This document shows, one piece after another, positions 55,901-64,000 of a stretch of DNA of 64,000 nucleotides. The notes beneath the pieces are model-generated. The model did no database searches and was not told the DNA's origin. It worked only from the letters and a program-made list of their open reading frames with translations. Made by a program: the position numbers and the translations under genes. Source of the DNA: a virus; the IMG/VR virus record IMGVR_UViG_3300045988_149609; one strand, written 5' to 3'. Positions within the stretch are counted from its first letter, which is position 1. Every line of letters starts with the position of its first letter.

Positions 55901-56759
55901 TTTACAAATTCTTATTGAATTACCATCAATGAAAGCAAGAGGTATTTTAAATAGTTTGAAAACAATGTGGAGAAATAAAACGCCTGAACAATTAGAGGAA
56001 TTTATTAAAACTGCAAAAGCTAAAATGAAATTAGTAGCAGATACTAAATTTGAACAAGCAGATTTAGATAAGGAAATTAAAACTTTAAACAGAATGCTTC
56101 CTCAAATAGATATAAATGATTCAGTTAGAATAGTTAAAGGATTAATTAAAACAGTTGATGGAGATGCTTATGGTAAATTCTATAAAGGTATTATTACTTT
56201 ATCTAAACAAGCAACTGTAGGTACAACTTATCATGAAGGATTTCATTATGTTGTTAATACTTTATTTAATCAATCAGAACGTGATGCTTTATTTAAACAC
56301 GCTAAAGCTTTATATGGTGAAGAAAATGAAGCTCAATTAGAAGAATTAATGGCTGATGAATTTAGTAAATATGTACAAGATAGAGAAAATAAAGTTGTAG
56401 ATAATGAGCAAAATCCAATTAAACGATTCTTTAAAAAATTATGGAATATTGTTTCTTCAATGTATAGACATAAAGCATATGTAGATTCTGTTTATAGAAA
56501 TATCTATAATGGTAAATATGCTAATAGAAGTATTATAAGAGAACAAGAAAAAAGTAGAAGAAAACAATTAAAGGATAAAACATCAAAAGTATTAAATAAT
56601 ATTAAAACTCCAATTAAAAGTTATTATAACAATAAGTATAAATATGAAAATCTTTCAGTAGAACAACAGCAATATCTACAAGATAGAGGTATTAATCTTA
56701 AGGATTATAATAATATGAATAATGAAGAAAAAGAAGTATTATTTAAATGTATGAATTAA
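49878..56759 (+). CDS. giant protein (2293 aa) with long coiled-coil regions and a C-terminal HExxH zincin-like motif
   Basis: A 6.9-kb ORF. TTYHEGFHYVVN (HExxH, 56232-56246) is followed by an acidic EENEAQLEELMADE stretch that could supply the third zinc ligand. Extensive K/E heptad regions. Confidence 0.6.
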   Translation: MIVLKKNDMATTNKKIQETGPVGLKGVRGEDLYPKGFKGEQLQISAARNKAALRTNVNPTLFDNIGIAEKTNDTQQGKSMFDDAVMINPTPETIQDTRANNQPWYAQLAAGVGKGAVLAGTTFVDGTLGIIASLGQIIANKVQDANGNPMTTGQIWSGFYDNPITRAMNDINKLSEELMPNYYSTQEEGKAFDFGSMNFWADKIIKNIGFTIGASWSGAAWSRPLSLLGKSLAESTKFKSMLNITKEARDLATKQGKITQNLVSSSVQNGLGATMSALSEGSIEALNTKNDFISKKIPEIQEQRDQRIRYIRKKYGNSKMAEDLIARENKAYNATVEKIKEDAAAAGNVDLLVNIPILTASNMIQFTRLYSGGFKKSLESLKVKRLADGTYDIMSKAKAVAKAVSKPIISEGSEEILQQYASDVPTNYYNTDVNNFYKAKTNRQSEQEVLSWSKALGEQLALTFGSADTWEQFFIGGLTGLLGVPSFIKTKANGKMGFGLSWQSEAISGAKEAAKKAARYNYLSAYMNARIANNEKFKNYYQGLIRNNTYAKAMDAALEHNDKKAFLDNDLAQLYSDFTMFDSAGRLDDLRAMAKAAIPTSDADVQDLIDNTSTKDLKGEEKEKAEKEKENLKQATTKKEQITQQIQELLNEREEKDLIPEEKLKLDNFKQELNSAEEEITTAKANIKDIYDKSKEPWRGPYIKTTGEQKSIEEVKEELNKNVKTFTDHLNRYQEIKDDVESILRGRLDSPEREKDVVSELVFRIAQSENWKNRSDEILNKYREIFPDSEEKDSYLAQLQEKGSQLDDVLESINEAKEKYIAYAKAKAEREGKLDSFDESKVQFPKSITEVEERYKKANDTNVALTNSAAAFRKFKASTNEEIANLLLTDPNFKQGFANWILNTDKIPAEKKDEYIARLNDVEKMLISKQNASIAIAKYLEDPNTLAQEQEKADEKNKEEVAEEKHKEVVERLRNATVSDINNAKANGEDIFSGVREEWLEEGDKEKIKTANDVEKVKNLLLKRLQQAYESGKCSKMYYDLFSDAIQRNYSKANSVEEMLDPSNENYVEAIESNENITNDDVDAAYQVLNDVINVTQEDIEKAQEVKDFGDSIEGTTDALTISLDDETEGESKAEDKEKDKTKKPNTGSTSATETKTKAKTKTDKKSDETNGEEASAGKDPVTQPKPLKFPTWQWQLLETGAVLSESSVQSIVENPTFVKFDYYDPLTKKLKWSKGNNMFRCPNGYYLCFIKIPKSNVVVPFLGYSNGKGQLEWNVAVKVDLNDTSKCLCVNSGDICAELGQIAYAMSKRWSNTSVAAKRVLELNDNFTRNVIQTQMLDNMEKSGIDYADLYLNRKEDEDITYALNSAFVPYKKVLDEAVMKAYHSTLKSNTFDETSSNTVQNATNISSEDLEKEIEDNNKKSNAVANSQPTPDNPITSKNIYEFWRDSTTEYKIHRDRGDDHPYWETSGNPAHKILFEYLQKAGVFDRRKNTPVEDIPQSFKLSFDQKLNEQLGFPVLLLTDEDGNIWGDIPNPKDATFSKYRGLQEFYNKAIEEYNQNKDNIKNGFYTLKDEITTAGILIGTPRYLATGERYTLNEICSTKDSSGKRVTKKGGPKIGIMVNDELKSGWNMRISGNEKRDTAMSMQEKKILPPLTYRNGQPFLLIETLDPKRRYYPVPFTMKPFSVKDNSRLANAVKTLFDKNNLPKNQSEANTWAATLKHILALENVETFFKDGKLLSIRVKSFNAEKAINVRTVKDLENIPFNIDTSLVGLKVGNAEDEIFSGLLTKEVDYNELIGEVAETNLPPSADRTINDSIVINPIINGKSTAAKMPQGKTKQKEAANSETDTSKKVTDITETDIKTDTQVELNNNDKDWYYSDNYPVFAINTKTNAVLNRATHKVYTVEEASNLNIILKGNIARVYIEANNLEATGKTIIETPYGWYDIKNGNFVAAPVETPKAKQSSSTETISEDNTDFNVDTAKETLKKLVTDPVIRSKVIEKLNVASLQILIELPSMKARGILNSLKTMWRNKTPEQLEEFIKTAKAKMKLVADTKFEQADLDKEIKTLNRMLPQIDINDSVRIVKGLIKTVDGDAYGKFYKGIITLSKQATVGTTYHEGFHYVVNTLFNQSERDALFKHAKALYGEENEAQLEELMADEFSKYVQDRENKVVDNEQNPIKRFFKKLWNIVSSMYRHKAYVDSVYRNIYNGKYANRSIIREQEKSRRKQLKDKTSKVLNNIKTPIKSYYNNKYKYENLSVEQQQYLQDRGINLKDYNNMNNEEKEVLFKCMN

Positions 56760-56770
56760 TTAAATATAAT

Positions 56771-56807
56771 AAAAAGGTGGTAGAAAATATCTATCACCTT
56801 TTTTTAT
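56771..56807. terminator. bidirectional rho-independent terminator
   Basis: AGGTGGTAG-aaaatat-CTATCACCT forms a 9-bp stem flanked by A5 upstream and T8 downstream. It lies between convergent giant genes. Confidence 0.65.
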
Positions 56808-56822
56808 TCTTATTTTAATAAA

Positions 56823-59800
56823 TTAATAAGAAGCTTTACCATAAAATTGAATAGATGAATCTAAATCATTTAAAAATCTATCCATCTTTTTATAATTACT
56901 TATTCCTGGTACAGGAAGTTTCCAAAATCTACTATATAAAGTACTATGTCCTTCAAATGGGCCACTTTGTTTTTCATCTAACCAATAAGGAGGATACATT
57001 GCTGCCCACATAAAATTGATAGTATTATTTACAGCTGAAATACAAGCTGCTGGACTCTTTAATGTTGCAAGCATTTCGTTACCCATTGTTAAAGATGGAG
57101 TTAAATTACCTAATTCATGAGTACTTTTCTTTGCTAAATATTCTGCAAATTTAATAAACCATGAACGATTTTTATCATCAGGCCATTTAATTAAACTAGC
57201 AAGACACCATACCGCTGCAAATTGAACTATTTCAAACAATCCACGTTTTACATTAGCTTTTTCAATATCAGAAAGTTTACTCCAATTTAAAGCTAATGCA
57301 TCTTTACCTTTTACTAAATCAATTAATAATCTACCCATTGTTCTATAATAGCCTTCTTCCCACTCACCAGTATCAAGATTTTTTTGACCTTTCATAAATC
57401 TTTTATTAAACTGTGGTTTAATCCAATTTCTATATTGTAAGATTAATCTACCTGCAATAACTTGTTTTGCTGCATTTTGATCATCTTCATTATAAATACC
57501 AAACAATGATTGATTAACATGAGCTATTTTTCTAGCAAAAGATTTAGCAGTAATTGATTTACCATGTTCATCTGTAAAACCATCATCAAGTATCATTTTC
57601 TTGATACCTTCTCCAACATCAATTATTTTAAGATTATCCCAAATAGAACCCATATCTTTACCATCTTTATACAAATGTTGTTTTTTACACATAGCTATTG
57701 CAGTTCTATTATATAACCAATGATCGCCACACTCTTGTCCTAAGTATGCTAATCTTGCACCAAAAAATCTTTTAAACGCACTAGTTGATTGATTCTTTAT
57801 TGAAGATTTAAAGTCTTGTTTTACATCAAACAATTCATCAAATAATGATAATTTACTTGTTTGAATCCTTTTACCTAATTCAGGTATAAAATCTTTAAGC
57901 ATTGCTGTATAAGCTCCATCTGCTGAAGCTAAAGTTTTAACATTAAAATATTGACCTGCTGCAGCTTCAATATTTTGCATACCAATACCTGTAGTGACAT
58001 TTGTAATATTAGCTAACCAATGAAAACCCATTTGAGCTAAAGATGTCATTTTTAATAAAAGAGAGGTTGCTTTATTGTTATTTATTTTTTTACCAGCGAT
58101 TTCTGTAAATCCTGCATCTTTTAAATGTTTTCCATAAACTTGACTTGCCATTAAATCATCAAGTTTTTTATCAATATTTGTACCACTAGGATGTATAATA
58201 TCATTAATAAAAGTATTACCGAGACCTGTGACTACTTCATGAAGTCCACTATTACCTCTTGTTACTTTTACTTCTCTATCATGTAATATTTGTCTACCTA
58301 CTTCTAATTGATCTATAATATTATCTAAATGTTTATAATTTGTAGCAGCTACAGCATAACACATTAAACTTTTAAATATATCTGTAGAAAGTTCATCAGT
58401 ATTTTTTAATTTATTTGTATAAAGAACAGGCATAACCATAAACTCTTTACCTTCAAAATCAGTTAAACCTTTTCTTACATTAGAACCAAATATTTGATCA
58501 TCATCTTCACTTTCTAATACAGCACTTGCTAAATTTTCTTTAATATTAGATAATATTGAAGATGGTGAAGAAATTGAATCAAAAAATCTTTGAACACCAT
58601 CTTTTCTTATTTGAATAGCTCTATTAGCATAAACTCTATTAGGAGGATAATTACTATCTAATTTATTTTTAATTTTCATAAATTTATCAAGTAAATTTCT
58701 TTGTGTACTTGATAAAGATGAAAATGCTGAATTTTTATATCTTTCGTTTGGTATTCTTGTCACTTTAATTGAACCATCAGATTGTTCTTCTTTTAATTCT
58801 TTTGTATGTGTTTTTAACCATTCTTTTTTCTCTTTTATCTTTTCTTTAGCTTTATCTCCTGATGCATTCTTTCCATATTTTTCATCTAAATTATCTAACA
58901 TTTGTTGATAATCTTTTTCATATTGTCCATAATTATATTCACTAATATAATTACCTGTTTTTTTACCTGTATTATCAACTTCAAACATCCATTCAAAATT
59001 CTTAATTCCAGCATTCTCTGCTTTTTTCATAAGAATTTGTATTTCTTTAATAATATCAATAGCTTCTATACGTGCATCATCTTTTGCGTTTTTAATAAGT
59101 TTATCCATAGTTCTAAGCATAATATCTGAACTATCCCCTAAACTATCTAGCCATCTATCTAATAAAGAAATATCACCTTCTGCTACTTTAAGTAATGTTT
59201 CAATAGGAACTTTAGAATTAGGATCATTCATAATAGTTTGTACACTATCACCTAATATAGGTCTAATAAATTCAGCAAAAGCAGGGAGAGCTTTTTGTTG
59301 ATATTGATTTGCTATTTTTTTAGATAAAGTATTTAATTTATCAACTAATTCACCTAAACTTATTTCATTAACATTACCAAAAGCATCTTGTGAAGTAATC
59401 ATAGTTTTATAAGCTTCATTTTCATTACTTTCCATTACAGGATTACCATAATCATCATATTCATCAGTACTATGTGTATTATTAACAATATCATTAAGTG
59501 ATTTAATTAAAGGTACATAAGAAGCAAGAGAAGATCTTATACCTCTTAATTTATTACATACAATTTTTAAATCAGAATTTGTACCTGTATTTAAGTCAAT
59601 TAAAAGTTGATGTGCATATTTTAAATCTTCAACTGCACTTAATGCATATGAACCTAAATTTTGTATTAAATCTGCAGTATCAGTAGAAGATGAAGCAGCT
59701 AAAAGTTTATTTATTTTTGTTTTTAAGGCAGCATTATTTTCATTACCTAATATTTTCCATCTTTTAGTTTCATTATTAGCAGCTTTCTTTAATGTTTCTG

Positions 59801-60872
59801 CCATTACTTTAACTTCATCACTAAGTTTATTAAATTGTATATTTTCTCTTTGAAGATTTGATATTTCATGTTCTGTTAATGTTATTTTATTAACTACATT
59901 TTTAGCAATATCACTTGTTATATTATTAACTTCATTTAATACACTAATGATAGCAGTAGCATCTTTATCTTTAAATTGATTTCTAATACTATCTAACATT
60001 CTATTGAATAATGCTGAATTGGCACCATTCATTTTTTGAGCTAATATGTTACTTTCTAAAATTTGACCTAAAGCTTCTTCAGCAATTACTTCATCAATAT
60101 CGTCTCTATAATCATAAAATTCTAATAGTTCGTTATATTCTTTTTCTCCTAAAATACTTACCACTAATTTTTTATTATTAGTAAGTAAATTTAAAGCTCT
60201 CTGAACTAAAGGATTATCAGACATTGCTCTAATAATTAAGTGAGAAAATTCTTCACTAATTGCATTATGTCCTTCAATATTATTAGCTCTTCTAATAATA
60301 GCTACAGTATCATTTGCTAAATTCTTTGCAGTTCTTAAATCAGTAACTCCCAGTCTACCAGCATTAATTTCAACATCTGTAAGATCTTCTATATCAATAC
60401 CCATACTTTCTAGTTGAGATGCTAACTCTTTATTAATTTTGAATGAACCATATTGATCTGTAAATCTTTGTTCATTTTCTTCAGTTCTATCCAAAACTGT
60501 AGTTCTAATCCCATCTTCTGTATAGTCAACTATTGCTACAAAATCTTCATTTTGTTGATTAAATTGTTGTGCTTCATTCAAACATTGTTCATAATTATAA
60601 ATTGTATCTTCTTTACTTTCAAAAGCATTTTGATATACTATTTTTTGTCCTTCTTTACCAATATAATTTTTAATATATTTATTTTTAAGTAAAGATTCAA
60701 AAGTAGGGATTCCCTCTCCATCAAAAGAGAGAGAATCCTTATAATCATTTTGAAATTCAGGACTAATAGCTATACCATATATGTTCCAAGCCATATTATA
60801 ACCTAATGATGATTTGAAACTTCTAAACATTTTAACTCCTTTTTTAGGAGCAATTACACATGATTTAGCCAT
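56823..60872 (-). CDS. very large protein (1349 aa), function unknown
   Basis: A 4-kb minus-strand ORF with no Walker or polymerase motif found by eye. Confidence 0.55.
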   Translation of the reverse strand: MAKSCVIAPKKGVKMFRSFKSSLGYNMAWNIYGIAISPEFQNDYKDSLSFDGEGIPTFESLLKNKYIKNYIGKEGQKIVYQNAFESKEDTIYNYEQCLNEAQQFNQQNEDFVAIVDYTEDGIRTTVLDRTEENEQRFTDQYGSFKINKELASQLESMGIDIEDLTDVEINAGRLGVTDLRTAKNLANDTVAIIRRANNIEGHNAISEEFSHLIIRAMSDNPLVQRALNLLTNNKKLVVSILGEKEYNELLEFYDYRDDIDEVIAEEALGQILESNILAQKMNGANSALFNRMLDSIRNQFKDKDATAIISVLNEVNNITSDIAKNVVNKITLTEHEISNLQRENIQFNKLSDEVKVMAETLKKAANNETKRWKILGNENNAALKTKINKLLAASSSTDTADLIQNLGSYALSAVEDLKYAHQLLIDLNTGTNSDLKIVCNKLRGIRSSLASYVPLIKSLNDIVNNTHSTDEYDDYGNPVMESNENEAYKTMITSQDAFGNVNEISLGELVDKLNTLSKKIANQYQQKALPAFAEFIRPILGDSVQTIMNDPNSKVPIETLLKVAEGDISLLDRWLDSLGDSSDIMLRTMDKLIKNAKDDARIEAIDIIKEIQILMKKAENAGIKNFEWMFEVDNTGKKTGNYISEYNYGQYEKDYQQMLDNLDEKYGKNASGDKAKEKIKEKKEWLKTHTKELKEEQSDGSIKVTRIPNERYKNSAFSSLSSTQRNLLDKFMKIKNKLDSNYPPNRVYANRAIQIRKDGVQRFFDSISSPSSILSNIKENLASAVLESEDDDQIFGSNVRKGLTDFEGKEFMVMPVLYTNKLKNTDELSTDIFKSLMCYAVAATNYKHLDNIIDQLEVGRQILHDREVKVTRGNSGLHEVVTGLGNTFINDIIHPSGTNIDKKLDDLMASQVYGKHLKDAGFTEIAGKKINNNKATSLLLKMTSLAQMGFHWLANITNVTTGIGMQNIEAAAGQYFNVKTLASADGAYTAMLKDFIPELGKRIQTSKLSLFDELFDVKQDFKSSIKNQSTSAFKRFFGARLAYLGQECGDHWLYNRTAIAMCKKQHLYKDGKDMGSIWDNLKIIDVGEGIKKMILDDGFTDEHGKSITAKSFARKIAHVNQSLFGIYNEDDQNAAKQVIAGRLILQYRNWIKPQFNKRFMKGQKNLDTGEWEEGYYRTMGRLLIDLVKGKDALALNWSKLSDIEKANVKRGLFEIVQFAAVWCLASLIKWPDDKNRSWFIKFAEYLAKKSTHELGNLTPSLTMGNEMLATLKSPAACISAVNNTINFMWAAMYPPYWLDEKQSGPFEGHSTLYSRFWKLPVPGISNYKKMDRFLNDLDSSIQFYGKASY

Positions 60873-60891
60873 ATCTTATTAATTTATTATT

Positions 60892-63800
60892 TTATTTTAA
60901 ATCTTCCATATCTACACCTAATTTAGTAAGATTTACCATTTCTGCCATATTTATTCTATTTTTCTTAAAATCTTCAATTCTTTTTTGAATTTCTGGACTA
61001 TATTTTTTACCAGCTGGTGCAGGACAAGGTTTCATATCTTGTTTTTCTAATTCCTCTTGAGGTTTATAATCTTTTAGTTTTTCTTCTTCAATTGTAGTTT
61101 CAGGTGTTTCATTTGCAAAAGGATCTTCTATTTTTAATTCATCTTCTGTTGAATTATTAAGAAAAGCAAAATCTTCTTCACTTTGCATACCAGAAACAAA
61201 TCCATTTTGAGTAGCAAGATTTAATGCTGTTTTCAAATTAGGATTTACTGTTCTATTATAAATATCATTTACTGTTTCAGAACTATTATAATAATCCAAA
61301 GTTTTATTGTTTATTTCATCATGTTCAACATCATGTAAAATTATATATTTTGGATGCTTAGAAAATTGAGTATTAGGATCTAATCTTACATTATAATTTG
61401 TTCCCATTGCATCAACAAGAGTCATATATTCAAAATATCTATGTCTATCAGTTCTATAATTAATTACAGATGCTGCGTTATCAGGAATAAACATATCACC
61501 ATGTCTTGAAAATCCTTTTACAGATCGTTTAGTAACAAATTCACCTAAATGATTAAACATGAATTGAGCAAAAAACTTTCCATCTATATCTACTAAATGA
61601 TTATCTATATTTCTTAAAGTATCAATATATTCAGGGAAACTACTTAAAAATTGAGTACTAAAGAAATTACCAAAACTATTATGACTAAACTTAAATCCTT
61701 CTTTATAATAAGCATATTTAAATAAATCTTCAGCTAATTTTTTAGCTTTATCATTACCATAAAGTAAACTATCAAAATCACGCATAAATCTATTTCTTAC
61801 ATCTTCTGTAACTCTACCTGATTTATCTAAAACTATTTCTCCATTATTAACTCTTAATTTATTTAAAGCACCTAATTGAAATACTTCTTTTAAATCAGGA
61901 TCTGTTTGCATTTTTTGTAAATCAGCTGGAAATTTATATAAGTAATAATTACGCTTTTCTGCAAAAGTTCCTTCTTCACTATCACCAAACATTTTAGATT
62001 TAGTTAATTCATAAATGATATAACTATCCATAAAATCTTGAATTGTTGCTGTTGGTAGATTATAATTAGCACTTTCTTCAAAAAGATAATTTAATGCTAA
62101 TTGAAAACTTTCACTAGTTTGTGTAAATAAATCTCTCATTACAGTAGGTACTGAATTAATACCTAATGAATAAAATGCTTGTAATTTAGCTAAAGGAGAT
62201 TCTTGTAATTTAGTTCTAATTGTTTCTAAATCTCCAAAAGGATTTATAAGATCATCTTGAATTAATTGTTCAGCATTATTTAATGTAAATTCAGGTTGTT
62301 GTGCTTTATAATTAAATGCTTTTAATGCTTGTTTTTGTCTATACATTTCAGCAAGAGTAATACCAACTGAACCATTAGGTGAATCAGCTCTACCTAATTG
62401 AGTAACAGTTCTTAAATCTTGTGCTGCAGCTTCAATTTCAAGTAAAGGCCCAACTAATTTATTCATTCTTGCTATTACTGAAGACATTAATACTAAATCA
62501 GTATTTACATCAGTTTTAATATCTATATTCTTATATAAATTATAATAAAATGTAGCTTCTCGCATTGTATCAGAATCAAAATTAAAGTCAGAACTAGGTA
62601 TACTATTAGATATACTTAAAATTTGTTCTGTTAATTCTTCAATCATTTTATTTGCTTTTACTTTATCAATGCTTGAATCATTTTCAGCAAGTTTATTTAT
62701 TTTAGCTTTAGCTGCTTTAATTGCTAATAGCTTAGGTAAATCTTTTATTGTTTTAGCATCAATCAATCCATAAAGATCAATAATATCACGAAAACCAGGT
62801 AGATTAAATACAAGAGATATTTCTTCTGAAGTCATACCAGCACATAACATAAAACAAGTAATATATGCTGTATTTGGTGTTTGTGCTAATCTTGCTAATA
62901 CAGGGTCTTTTACATTATCTACTGAAGCTGCACTAAATTCAGCACATAATTTTGAAATTCTTATTGTTTTTCCTTCAACTGTAGTATAAGCATCATGTAA
63001 TGATTTTATTGTACGATTATTTATAACAATTTCTTTTTTCAATTCCAAATTACTAAATTGTCTTTTTGCTTGACCAACATTGTTATTTGCATAAATACCA
63101 ATAAGTGATGCACCTGCCATATTTTGTTTATGAAAATAAATAAAAGTTTCCATTGATAAAGGATCAAATGTTTTCTTATTCTTTGATAAGAAATCTTCAA
63201 CTTCATCTAATGTGGCTTCTTTAATACTTTTATTTAAAGCATTAACATCACTTGCAAATGAATTATAGACTGCTGCACCATCTTCATCATTTTGTATATT
63301 ATTTAATTCTTCAATAAAATTAGTATTAATTCCATGTGCTTTTGCCCAAGCATTTAATAGTTGCGGATCATTTACTATATCTGTTTTATAAGCATCTGTT
63401 TTAATGGTATCATAACCACCAGGACTCATTACTTGATCTCTTATTTGAGGACTTCCCCAAACTTTTCTATATAAATCAAGTAACATATTTTCTCTAGCTT
63501 GTCTGCTATTACCTGCTACTCCTTTTGACCAATCATATTCATATGTTTTATATTTGCCATCTTTGGTCTTATAATAGTTATAAAATTGTAAAAATTTCTT
63601 ATCAATATCAAAATCTTCACCTGCATAAACAATTGTATCAGCAGGCATCATTATAGTTGAACCATTTTCTTGAGGTAAAAATCCTTTAATTATAAATGAC
63701 ATCATTGAATATTTACCTTCTGTTGGTATACGATAGCCAAATCCTTCGAGTAGTTTAGGATCATTTTCCTTTACTTTTTCAATATCTATTTTTTTACCAA

Positions 63801-64000
63801 TAACTTTACCATCATCATCTAAAACATCTACTAAAAATGGAGCTAAATGTTTTTGAGAATGCCAAGGCATATAAACTTCAAATTGTAAATTACCTTCTTT
63901 ATCTTTAATAACATGTAAATCATGAGTAAAACCAAAACTAGATACCAAAGTACAAGCTGCACCTTTTTTATTTTTTTGTTTAGTTATTCTATTACTAAAT
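60892..64000 (-). CDS. very large protein (>1018 aa); the N-terminus lies beyond the window
   Basis: The reading frame stays open to position 64000, and the track's first Met is a TTG. It contains an acidic cluster AGEDFDIDKK. Confidence 0.5.
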   Translation of the reverse strand, partial: FSNRITKQKNKKGAACTLVSSFGFTHDLHVIKDKEGNLQFEVYMPWHSQKHLAPFLVDVLDDDGKVIGKKIDIEKVKENDPKLLEGFGYRIPTEGKYSMMSFIIKGFLPQENGSTIMMPADTIVYAGEDFDIDKKFLQFYNYYKTKDGKYKTYEYDWSKGVAGNSRQARENMLLDLYRKVWGSPQIRDQVMSPGGYDTIKTDAYKTDIVNDPQLLNAWAKAHGINTNFIEELNNIQNDEDGAAVYNSFASDVNALNKSIKEATLDEVEDFLSKNKKTFDPLSMETFIYFHKQNMAGASLIGIYANNNVGQAKRQFSNLELKKEIVINNRTIKSLHDAYTTVEGKTIRISKLCAEFSAASVDNVKDPVLARLAQTPNTAYITCFMLCAGMTSEEISLVFNLPGFRDIIDLYGLIDAKTIKDLPKLLAIKAAKAKINKLAENDSSIDKVKANKMIEELTEQILSISNSIPSSDFNFDSDTMREATFYYNLYKNIDIKTDVNTDLVLMSSVIARMNKLVGPLLEIEAAAQDLRTVTQLGRADSPNGSVGITLAEMYRQKQALKAFNYKAQQPEFTLNNAEQLIQDDLINPFGDLETIRTKLQESPLAKLQAFYSLGINSVPTVMRDLFTQTSESFQLALNYLFEESANYNLPTATIQDFMDSYIIYELTKSKMFGDSEEGTFAEKRNYYLYKFPADLQKMQTDPDLKEVFQLGALNKLRVNNGEIVLDKSGRVTEDVRNRFMRDFDSLLYGNDKAKKLAEDLFKYAYYKEGFKFSHNSFGNFFSTQFLSSFPEYIDTLRNIDNHLVDIDGKFFAQFMFNHLGEFVTKRSVKGFSRHGDMFIPDNAASVINYRTDRHRYFEYMTLVDAMGTNYNVRLDPNTQFSKHPKYIILHDVEHDEINNKTLDYYNSSETVNDIYNRTVNPNLKTALNLATQNGFVSGMQSEEDFAFLNNSTEDELKIEDPFANETPETTIEEEKLKDYKPQEELEKQDMKPCPAPAGKKYSPEIQKRIEDFKKNRINMAEMVNLTKLGVDMEDLK

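Noticed and set aside
38551-56759. Calling either giant ORF the virion RNA polymerase
   Set aside because: I could not find the DxDGD or NADFDGD catalytic loop in either translation. DEDGN and similar strings are common by chance in this composition. The ORFs are left as unknown.
47822-60692. ORFs 47822..48178 (-), 54154..54408 (+), 54581..54802 (-), 58902..59129 (+) and 60453..60692 (+)
   Set aside because: They are embedded in giant or large ORFs on the opposite strand or in another frame.
1-64000. CRISPR array, diversity-generating retroelement, integrase or transposase
   Set aside because: There are no spacer-separated direct repeats. No YxDD reverse-transcriptase motif was found; the DADD in the glycosyltransferase is its DxD motif. 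No recombinase-like ORF was recognised. The content looks strictly lytic.

Overview
This 64-kb window looks like a contiguous piece of a lytic, tailed dsDNA phage genome, very AT-rich (by eye about 28-30% GC) and densely packed with genes. The host is probably a Bacteroidetes bacterium. The main support is the Bacteroidetes sigma-A -7 promoter box TAnnTTTG, often extended to TTTGCA, which recurs upstream of operon-first genes at 5119, 5615, 9256, 16093, 22778, 25957, 28536, 36569 and 45127. Most genes also lack a Shine-Dalgarno sequence. The gene content is consistent with a crAss-like (Crassvirales-type) phage: giant ORFs (2169 and 2293 aa on +, 1349 aa and a partial >1018 aa ORF on -), a large terminase, a portal, a scaffold/major-capsid pair and a tRNA array. 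I could not confirm family membership without searches.

The layout is as follows.
- 182-4718: a minus-strand block of small, translationally coupled (probably early) genes. It ends in a compositionally foreign GC-rich island (4300-4830) that encodes a Cys-rich protein with its own terminator and a structured leader.
- 4830-5150: a divergent control region with iteron-like repeats.
- 5152-12915: a plus-strand block. It carries a winged-helix protein, a PI-PLC-like phosphodiesterase, a 766-aa protein with a GH24 lysozyme-like domain followed by a -1-frame ORF with no start codon, an 8-gene tRNA array (9372-10917) with two conserved structured repeats, then small genes including HExxH, Zn-ribbon, HTH, HU-like and GroES-like proteins, and a terminator at 12939.
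- 12977-56759: the packaging and virion module. It carries the large terminase, portal, structural proteins, a GT2 glycosyltransferase, a candidate lysis cassette, scaffold-like protein, putative major capsid protein, two tandem paralogs, the two giant ORFs (one with a C-terminal HExxH zincin motif) and several rho-independent terminators.
- 56823-64000: a convergent minus-strand pair of very large genes, separated from the plus-strand module by a bidirectional terminator at 56771-56807.

I saw no integrase, transposase, CRISPR array or reverse transcriptase. All functional calls are inferred by eye from motifs and context, not from searches.
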